This document shows positions 19,877-26,237 of a DNA stretch of 64,000 bases, one piece after another (position 1 is the first letter of the stretch; every line of letters begins with the position of its first letter). The notes below the pieces were generated by a model, which saw nothing but the letters and a program-made list of their open reading frames with translations, was not told the origin of the DNA and searched no databases. The translations under genes and the position numbers were made by a program. This DNA is from a virus (Duplodnaviria > Caudoviricetes). The stretch lies in IMG/VR virus record IMGVR_UViG_3300020048_000009, positions 64,001-128,000 of that record. One strand, given 5' to 3'.

Positions 19877-19952
19877 AGAACGTTCGCGTAGTGGTTAGCG
19901 CACTAGACTGTCGATCTGGATTTCACGGGTTCGATTCCCGTACGTTCTGCCA
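19877..19952 (+). tRNA. trnD: tRNA-Asp(GTC)
   Basis: CTAGA-CTGTCGA-TCTGG; G73; CCA. Confidence 0.92.
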
Positions 19953-19962
19953 TTTTAATTTA

Positions 19963-20039
19963 CGGAGTGTGGAGGCAATTGGCTGCCCACGTGCCTTGGA
20001 CGCATGGTTATGTCGGATCGTTCCCGACCACTCCGACCA
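19963..20039 (+). tRNA. trnP: tRNA-Pro(TGG)
   Basis: CGGAGTG/CACTCCG; CTTGGAC loop; atypical T-loop ATCGTTC. Confidence 0.9.
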
Positions 20040-20052
20040 ATTTTTCTAGAAA

Positions 20053-20127
20053 GCCAACTTGACTGAATGGTTAAGTACCTCATTTGTAATGAGACCCATA
20101 ACGGTTCGATCCCGTTAGTTGGCTCCA
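20053..20127 (+). tRNA. trnT: tRNA-Thr(TGT)
   Basis: GCCAACT/AGTTGGC; TTTGTAA loop; CCA. Confidence 0.9.
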
Positions 20128-20220
20128 TATTTTATATACGAAAGTAATATATTCTAAAACCGGTACTTTCTTTTCAAATATGTATACCGGCTTTAATAAA
20201 TAAAATTAAAGGAATATATT

Positions 20221-20946
20221 ATGAATACAGTAATTTGTCCAATATGTGGAAAAGAATACAAACAATTAATAGCACAACATATTTTTAAACACGGTTTGAC
20301 TATTGAAGAATTTAAACTTAAATTTCCAGATTTTTATTTAGGTAGTCCGGGTATTGAAAGTACTAGAAAAGAAAAAATGGTACTTCAATATGAAAAAGAT
20401 AATATACGATGTAAACATTGTAATAAATTAATAACATCACCAAATAGAAAACATAGAATCTTTTGTAGTACTTTATGTAAAGCTACTTATTATTCTTTTA
20501 ACAAAGAGCTTGTTCAAACAAAAGGAAAACATTTTAAAAAAATCTGTTGTGCATGTAATAAAGAATATAAAGCCTTTAGAGATAATTCTAAATTTTGTTC
20601 TAATAAATGTCAACAAGAATATATTAATGTTCAAAAAATTAAAGAATGGAAAGACGCCACAGAACAGGGAAAACCTTTTCCCTATAGAAAATGGATAAGA
20701 CATTATCTTTTTAAAAAATATGATAACAAATGCTGTAAATGTGGGTGGAGTAAGATTAATCCTTTTACAGGAAATGTTCCTTTAGAACTTGAACATATTG
20801 ATGGTAATTCAAATAACAATAAAGAAGAAAATTTAGAATTGTTATGTCCCTGTTGTCATGCCTTAACTTCCACATATAAGGGTGCAAATAGAGGTAATGG
20901 AAGATTCTCTAGAAGACAAAGATACCAAGAAGGTAAATCTTATTAA
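20221..20946 (+). mobile_element. HNH homing endonuclease with Zn-finger N-terminus
   Basis: CCKCG...LELEHIDGNSNNNKEENLELLCPCCH; ATAAATA upstream. Confidence 0.88.
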
Positions 20947-20957
20947 TAAAATTTAAT

Positions 20958-21031
20958 GCGTCTGTAGCTCAATGGTCGAGCCCGTCCTTGCCAAGGATGT
21001 TATACGAGTTCAATTCTCGTCAGATGCTCCA
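20958..21031 (+). tRNA. trnG: tRNA-Gly(GCC)
   Basis: TTGCCAA loop; U73; CCA. Confidence 0.92.
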
Positions 21032-21040
21032 ATTTAAAAT

Positions 21041-21115
21041 GTTTAATATGAGCTAATGGTAAGCTTCCAGGTTTAAAGACCCAGAGTATATAGGTTCAAC
21101 TCCTATTATTAGATA
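21041..21115 (+). pseudogene. Degenerate tRNA, anticodon unresolved (TAA or TTA register)
   Basis: D-arm and ATAGG-TTCAACT-CCTAT T-arm intact; anticodon stem mismatched; no CCA. Confidence 0.55.
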
Positions 21116-21120
21116 TTTAT

Positions 21121-21195
21121 GCGTTTGTAACTCAATTGGCAGAGTGCTGGGCTTCCAACCCGGATATACGGGATCATACCCCGTCAGATGCTCCA
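21121..21195 (+). tRNA. trnG: tRNA-Gly(TCC)
   Basis: CTGGG-CTTCCAA-CCCGG; T-loop ATCATAC. Confidence 0.88.
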
Positions 21196-21201
21196 TTTAA
21201 A

Positions 21202-21275
21202 GCGATGTTAGCAAAATGGTTATGCGGCGGTCTGCAAAACCGCTTACATGTGTTCAATTCACATACATTGCTCCA
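21202..21275 (+). tRNA. trnC: tRNA-Cys(GCA)
   Basis: GCGGT-CTGCAAA-ACCGC; U73. Confidence 0.92.
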
Positions 21276-21285
21276 TTTTATTTAT

Positions 21286-21361
21286 GCTCTCTTATTTCAG
21301 TGGCTAGAATGCTTCCTTTACACGGAAGAGGTCAGGAGTTCGAATCTCTTAGGGAGTACCA
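21286..21361 (+). tRNA. trnV: tRNA-Val(TAC)
   Basis: CTTCC-TTTACAC-GGAAG; CCA. Confidence 0.92.
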
Positions 21362-21367
21362 TTTTTT

Positions 21368-21444
21368 CGAAGTATAACTCAGTTGGTTAGAGTACCTGTC
21401 TGATACACAGAATGTCGGTGGTTCGAATCCATCTACTTCGACCA
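21368..21444 (+). tRNA. trnI: tRNA-Ile(GAT)
   Basis: CTGATAC loop; CGAAGTA/TACTTCG; CCA. Confidence 0.92.
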
Positions 21445-21451
21445 TTTTATT

Positions 21452-21535
21452 GGGACTGTGGCGTAATGGCAGACGCGCTGGTTTTAGACACCAGTGGAGA
21501 AATCCGTGAAGGTTCAAGTCCTTTCAGTCCCACCA
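21452..21535 (+). tRNA. trnL: tRNA-Leu(TAG)
   Basis: CTGGT-TTTAGAC-ACCAG; V-arm GGA-GAAA-TCC; A73. Confidence 0.92.
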
Positions 21536-21564
21536 GTTTTGTTTCATTAAAGCATATAATATCA

Positions 21565-21636
21565 GTGTATAAAAGCCAATGAATATACTACTATATTAAT
21601 ATCAATTACGCAATTGATACTGTTCTTTGAATAACA
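21565..21636 (+). promoter_or_regulatory. Promoter + hairpin + boxA-like site
   Basis: GTGTAT-N18-TACTAT; ATCAATT-acgc-AATTGAT; TGTTCTTTGAATAAC at 21621. Confidence 0.65.
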
Positions 21637-21646
21637 ATTTTTAAAT

Positions 21647-21735
21647 CGCAGGGTGGCGTAATTGGCAGCCGCAGCGGACTTAAAATCCGCTGGGTGGTAA
21701 CACCCGTGAGGGTTCGAGTCCCTCCCTTGCGACCA
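21647..21735 (+). tRNA. trnL: tRNA-Leu(TAA)
   Basis: GCGGA-CTTAAAA-TCCGC; long V-arm; CCA. Confidence 0.92.
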
Positions 21736-21994
21736 TTGATCCTTAGTTAGAAGATTGTGTTCTGTCAGCCCATCAAGATAGACGTTTGAGATCATGCCTC
21801 TTCTGGAACAAGTATATAAACTTTAAGCCTTTGAGCGGACAGGTTTATATTAAGTGAAATCCTTGATGGTCGGCGGTGTATTCCAGTCTTTTGTTTTAGT
21901 ATGATATTAATGTTTTCGTTACCTGACCGTTGGACTAAGTGCACTTCGTAAGAAGGCTCCAATCAATCAGCTTCTCCATTAACCAGCAGCATAT

Positions 21995-22071
21995 AGGCGT
22001 GTAGCTCAGCTGGTTAGAGCGGGATCCTTATAAGGTCTAGGTCGCTGGTTCAACTCCAGCCACGCCTACCA
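21995..22071 (+). tRNA. trnI: tRNA-Ile(TAT)
   Basis: GGATC-CTTATAA-GGTCT; AGGCGTG/CACGCCT; A73. Confidence 0.85.
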
Positions 22072-22088
22072 TTTTTTAGAAAGTAATT

Positions 22089-22238
22089 ATGCTTTATTAT
22101 TGGACAAGAGTTTATAATACAGGTGCTGCCCATTATTGGGAAGTAGAAAGTGAAGAAGCTTTACTTATCGCTGCAAAAGAAAAGTATGGTGAATCACTTT
22201 TTGATTATGGAATGACAACTCAAAAGAAAACAAAGTAA
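22089..22238 (+). CDS. 49-aa hypothetical protein
   Basis: Hand-translated ORF between tRNAs. Confidence 0.45.
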   Translation: MLYYWTRVYNTGAAHYWEVESEEALLIAAKEKYGESLFDYGMTTQKKTK

Positions 22239-22250
22239 ACAATTTTTAAT

Positions 22251-22332
22251 GGGAATGTATCTCCCCCGCCTTCTAAGCGGACGTTAAAAGAGTAATTGGA
22301 GTATGCAGGTTCGATCCCTGTCTTTCCCGCCA
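22251..22332 (+). ncRNA. Rearranged tRNA-Arg(TCT)-like RNA lacking a positional D-arm
   Basis: GGGAATG/CTTTCCC-G-CCA; CCGC-CTTCTAA-GCGG; GCAGG-TTCGATC-CCTGT. Confidence 0.7.
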
Positions 22333-22417
22333 TTTTAGCTAAGAGTAGTAAATATTTAATTTACTTATATATTTAAGCTGCGCTTTTAATAAATAAAATT
22401 AAGGGTATAACTTAAAT

Positions 22418-22924
22418 ATGAAAAATAAATGTCATAAATGTAATGTAGATATTCCAAACAGGGTTAAAATAGATAACTGTTGGAAAACAATTAACCATAG
22501 AAAATTTTGTTTAATCTGTTCACCGTGGGGTAAACATAATACTAAAAGCGTGGATCCTTCTAAAAGAACGCTTTCAGAAAAAGAAAGACATTCCTGGAAA
22601 AATTTAACAGATAAACAAAAAACATGTCATAAAACATCACAACATAAGAGAGCCGTTAAGCGTAAGGTTGAACTTATTAATATGCGAGGTGGGAAGTGTG
22701 AAAGATGTGGTTATGATAAATGTATTGATGTATTTCATTTTCATCATATAGATCCATCGTTAAAAACCATGAACATGGGATTAAATTCTCTATGGTGTAA
22801 ATCATGGGAAAAGATTTTACAGGAATTTGAAAATTGTAAAGTATATTGTTCTAATTGCCACATGGAAGTGCATTATGAATTAAAAAATCCTGATAATAAA
22901 CAATGTACTTTAATTTCAAAATAA
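22418..22924 (+). mobile_element. HNH homing endonuclease
   Basis: GGKCERCG...FHFHHIDP...CKVYCSNCHMEVH; ATAAATA upstream. Confidence 0.85.
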
Positions 22925-22936
22925 TATGATTAGCCA

Positions 22937-23007
22937 GTGTATAAAAAGAAGAGATTATCATATTATATATCTATCAAGTATGTACTTGAGCATGTTCTTT
23001 GACAATT
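22937..23007 (+). promoter_or_regulatory. Promoter + hairpin + boxA-like site
   Basis: GTGTAT-N18-TATTAT; TCAAGT-atgt-ACTTGA; TGTTCTTTGACAATT at 22993. Confidence 0.65.
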
Positions 23008-23029
23008 AATAGCAAATGATTTTTTTAAT

Positions 23030-23114
23030 GGAAGCGTGGCCGAACGGCTAGGCATCGGACTTTTAATCCGAGGGAGAAATCCTAACGCAGGTTCGACCCC
23101 TGTCGCTTCTACCA
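23030..23114 (+). tRNA. tRNA with Lys(TTT) anticodon on a class II long-V-arm body
   Basis: TCGGA-CTTTTAA-TCCGA; V-arm GGA-GAAA-TCC; 3-bp D-stem; A73. Confidence 0.85.
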
Positions 23115-23132
23115 TCTTTTTAGTTTTCAAAT

Positions 23133-23206
23133 TGTCCCATAGTGTAATGGCAGCACAGCACCCTTTGACGGTGTTTGTATTGGTTCAAGTCCAGTTGGGA
23201 CAACCA
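23133..23206 (+). tRNA. trnQ: tRNA-Gln(TTG)
   Basis: GCACC-CTTTGAC-GGTGT; T1:A72. Confidence 0.92.
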
Positions 23207-23208
23207 AT

Positions 23209-23282
23209 ATTCCCATGTTGTAAAGGATGCATGCGGCGCTACGAACGCTTCGGTTGGAGTTCGAATCTCTATGGGAATACCA
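23209..23282 (+). tRNA. trnR: tRNA-Arg(ACG)
   Basis: CTACGAA loop; ATTCCCA/TGGGAAT; CCA. Confidence 0.85.
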
Positions 23283-23287
23283 TTTTA

Positions 23288-23346
23288 AAGACGCAAACAG
23301 CAATTCAAATAAAAATTCACTGTTAATGAAAAAAAAAACGCGTCTT
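23288..23346 (+). ncRNA. Anticodon-stem-loop mimic (Asn GTT) in an AAGACGC/GCGTCTT stem
   Basis: TTCA-CTGTTAA-TGAA at 23316-23330. Confidence 0.5.
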
Positions 23347-23354
23347 GTTTTTAT

Positions 23355-23429
23355 AGTAGAGTAGGCAAGTGGTAATCCGCCTCCCTGTTAAGGAGGACAG
23401 CGCTGGTTCGATCCCAGCCTCTACTGCCA
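23355..23429 (+). tRNA. trnN: tRNA-Asn(GTT)
   Basis: CCTCC-CTGTTAA-GGAGG; G73. Confidence 0.92.
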
Positions 23430-23432
23430 CTT

Positions 23433-23555
23433 TGGGAACAGATGGTTAGCGCCATTTGGCATATTTATTCATGTAGTATGCCTAACCCATTTATATTTTT
23501 GATAAATAAAATAGAGGTTACGCTAAGAACCTCTTTAAAATAAAGGTAAAATAAT
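23433..23555 (+). ncRNA. Endonuclease-leader structured RNA, copy 2
   Basis: Loops TTAGCG (23446-23451) and CGCTAA (23521-23526). Confidence 0.7.
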
Positions 23556-24236
23556 ATGATTAATAAATTAGATGAATCATGGAAGCAAGTAAACGGTTTA
23601 TATAAATGTCCAATATGTAGTAAAGAGTATTCTAAAAAAGGAATTTGTTCGCATATCTTTAGATCACATACAAAAGACGGTAAATATAATTCTTTTAAAG
23701 ATAATAACAGATTATATACTTCATCGTGGAATAAAGGTTTAATAAAAGAAACAGATCTTAGAATCAAGAAATCTGGTGAGAAACTTAAAGAAAGTCTTAA
23801 CTCTGGTAAAGTAATACCACCACAAACAGGAAAACCTATTGCTCCTGAAATAAAAGCTAAAATATCCAATACGATGAAGATTGCTCATAAAGAAGGAAGA
23901 GCGTGGAATATTGGAAAGTCTAGATGGAATAACAAAGCTTCATATCCAGAAGAATTCTTTATGAAGGTTATTGAAAATGAATTTGAGGATAAGAATTATA
24001 TAAGAGAATTTAATGTTGGTATTTATTCTATAGATTTTGCATGGACCGATAAAAAGTTAGCTATAGAAATAGACGGACAACAGCATAAACGATTTGAAGA
24101 ATATAAACAGAGAGATCTTCGGAAAGATGAATGTTTATTAGAGAATGGATGGAAAGTTCTAAGAATTTTATGGATTGATATGTATAAGGATCCACACAAG
24201 TGGATTAAAATTGCTAAAGATTTTATACATAATTAA
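23556..24236 (+). mobile_element. Putative homing endonuclease, DUF559/Vsr-like nuclease with C2H2- and NUMOD-like N-terminus
   Basis: CPICSK..HIFRSH; YSIDFAWTDKKLAIEIDGQQH..RD..L..NGWKVLRI. Confidence 0.82.
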
Positions 24237-24249
24237 GAATTTTATTAAT

Positions 24250-24325
24250 GCGATTGTAGCTCAGTAGGCAGAGCGTCGGACTCTTAATCCGAAGCGCGTG
24301 GGATCATAGCCCTCCAGTCGTACCA
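24250..24325 (+). tRNA. trnK: tRNA-Lys(CTT)
   Basis: TCGGA-CTCTTAA-TCCGA; T-loop ATCATAG. Confidence 0.88.
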
Positions 24326-24363
24326 TTTTGATGTACAAGATCAGATAGACATGAGAATTTTAT

Positions 24364-24437
24364 TGCGCGGTTGAGGAGAGGCCCCTCTGCAGGCTCATAA
24401 CCTGCCTACGCCGGTTCGAATCCGGCCTGCGCAACCA
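24364..24437 (+). tRNA. trnM: tRNA-Met(CAT)
   Basis: GCAGG-CTCATAA-CCTGC; CCA; initiator vs elongator unresolved. Confidence 0.88.
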
Positions 24438-24446
24438 ATTTAACAA

Positions 24447-24597
24447 CACGGCGTGAGGAAAGAACTTGTTCTATGATTCTTAATTCGATTCTAGTAAGAT
24501 AGTACTGTCTGAACGAGGATGTTATTAAGCGGAGAACAGAAATCCTACCGGAAACATGTCCGGAAATCGCAGGTATCGAATCCTGTCGCCGTAACCA
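24447..24597 (+). ncRNA. 151-nt initiator-tRNA-like RNA with 83-nt D-loop insertion
   Basis: C1:A72 mismatch; AGGA/TCCT D-stem; CCGGA-AACATG-TCCGG; T-arm; A-CCA. Confidence 0.65.
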
Positions 24598-24603
24598 ATT
24601 TTA

Positions 24604-24679
24604 GGAGTTTTGTTGTAGATGGTTCGCAAAACGGTCTGAAAAACCGAAGGATAGGGTTCGATCCCCTGAAACTCCACCA
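24604..24679 (+). tRNA. trnF: tRNA-Phe(GAA)
   Basis: CTGAAAA loop; GGAGTTT/AAACTCC. Confidence 0.9.
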
Positions 24680-24690
24680 TTTTATTTTCT

Positions 24691-24778
24691 GGTAGTTTAT
24701 TCCGTAGGTAGTCTCGGGGCGCACTGTAAATGCGCTGGCTAATACCCTAAGGTAGTGCAACTCTATCAACTACCACCA
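24691..24778 (+). tRNA. trnY: tRNA-Tyr(GTA)
   Basis: GCGCA-CTGTAAA-TGCGC; long V-arm; T-loop TGCAACT. Confidence 0.88.
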
Positions 24779-24783
24779 GCTTT

Positions 24784-24920
24784 AAATAAGGACAGATGGT
24801 TAGCGCCATTTGGATGTTTTTCATATGACACGCCTAACTTATTTAATTATTTTTTCATATTTTTTGATAAATAAAATAGAGGTTACGCTAAGAACCTCTT
24901 AAAAATAAAGGTAAAATAAT
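24784..24920 (+). ncRNA. Endonuclease-leader structured RNA, copy 3
   Basis: AAATAAG/CTTATTT closing stem; loops TTAGCG and CGCTAA (24886-24891). Confidence 0.7.
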
Positions 24921-25457
24921 ATGAGTAAAAAATTAATTGATCGCATCGGTGCTGATAAAATCATTGAAGTCTGCAAATCTGCAAAAACATTTAAAGAAGC
25001 ATGTGAAAAACTTAACTGTGGTTATAGATATTTAATGACAGCAGCCGTTGAATTAAATGTTTTCGATGAGTTAAAGTCTAGATCTAAAGAATTTGCACAT
25101 AAATTTAAAAAGGCTGATGGTTCAAGATTATGGTTGATTAAAACTAATACGGGACAAGGCTTTACATCATACAGAACTGATACTAAAATTTGGTGTGAAG
25201 AACTTTTTAAAGGAAATCATACATCAACCGCTGTTAGAATTAAAACACATTTAATTAATGCTGGGTATAAAGAAGATCATTGTGAATGCTGTGGTATTAA
25301 TGAATGGAACAATAAGCCAATAAGTTTACAATTACATCATATAGATGGAAATTCTAGAAACAATCAGTTAGATAATTTAAAAATTCTTTGTCCTAATTGT
25401 CACGTTCAAACAGATAATTATGGTTCTAAGAATGCTCGAAATAAAGAGCGCGAGTAA
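24921..25457 (+). mobile_element. HNH homing endonuclease
   Basis: CECCG...LQLHHIDGNSRNNQLDNLKILCPNCH. Confidence 0.88.
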
Positions 25458-25473
25458 AGATTCCACCATTTTA

Positions 25474-25545
25474 GGGCAGCATGAAGGTACAAGCTCTACC
25501 TATAACTTAGGTACCTGGTGAGTTCAATTCTCATCCTGTCCACCA
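25474..25545 (+). pseudogene. Degenerate tRNA-like RNA with CCA
   Basis: GGGCAG/CTGTCC; GTGAG-TTCAATT-CTCAT; non-canonical D and anticodon regions. Confidence 0.55.
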
Positions 25546-25551
25546 TTTTAT

Positions 25552-25628
25552 GTAGCAGTAATTCAAGAGATAGAAATGCTGGGGTAATTCCTGGCGTGTT
25601 GTTGGTAAAAATCCAGCCTGCTACACCA
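25552..25628 (+). pseudogene. Degenerate tRNA-like RNA with CCA
   Basis: Perfect GTAGCAG/CTGCTAC-A-CCA; T-loop TAAAAAT; no valid anticodon loop. Confidence 0.55.
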
Positions 25629-25630
25629 CT

Positions 25631-26064
25631 TTCAGTTGTAATTCAAGCCATGTCCGATAGGGTACTTCTATATGAGCGCGCCCTATTTGTAAAGAATGAG
25701 ATAGACGAGAGTCGGCCGTAAGAGAATCCTCTGCAGGGGTTCAAAGACTAAAGACTCAGGAGGAACGTGTTACGTGAAATCCTCATTGACAAAGATCCCT
25801 AATGAACGGGAATGATAGTAAGTTAGTAAGAGAGATATTTGTGATTATGCCTTTAGTGTAACGGTTAGCACGTGGGATAATTCCCTTAGATCGGTTCGAC
25901 TCCGCAGGAAAAAACAAATCACATACAGAACCTTGTGAAATCCTTATATGGTACCTATCCAACTGAGCCATTCCAAGAATCCCCAGAGACGGTGTAGTAG
26001 GGATATACGAAGCAACACATTCATAGGCCTATCGGTGTTGTTGTAGATAGGACAAGACCGTTTC
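25631..26064 (+). ncRNA. Large structured RNA (about 430 nt) with embedded tRNA-like domain and 3' pseudoknots
   Basis: TTCAGTTG/CAACTGAG; GATAGGGTAC/GTACCTATC; GAGACGG/CCGTTTC; CCTATC/GATAGG; GCAACAC/GTGTTGT. Confidence 0.65.
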
Positions 26065-26069
26065 ATTTT

Positions 26070-26206
26070 TATACTGAGTAATGTAGAGAATTGGCAAATC
26101 AGCGGGCCAGTAGGCAAGTCTTAGAGATGCTGAAATCCGGCGGAATAACATTAGCTGGTAAGAGGTTATTCATTTATGGGTTCGAGTCCCATCATTATTC
26201 AGTGTA
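26070..26206 (+). ncRNA. tRNA-like RNA on a 14-bp closing stem with expanded anticodon region, no CCA
   Basis: CTGAGTAATG/CATTATTCAG; AATTGG D-loop-like; ATGGG-TTCGAGT-CCCAT. Confidence 0.55.
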
Positions 26207-26237
26207 TTTCTTTTTAAATTTAGTTATAATATAATTT

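Noticed and set aside
21041-21115. Ochre suppressor tRNA (TTA)
   Set aside because: The anticodon stem is mismatched, the loop register is ambiguous and there is no CCA; kept only as a degenerate tRNA.
24447-24597. RNase P RNA fragment (GAGGAAAG, AACAGAAA)
   Set aside because: No P4 partner or other conserved regions, and the tRNA-like ends explain the fold better.
25631-26064. Group I intron (GTTCAAAGACTAAA resembles the R element)
   Set aside because: No matching S element (TAGTC) for P7, and no split exon on either side; cmscan is needed to exclude it fully.
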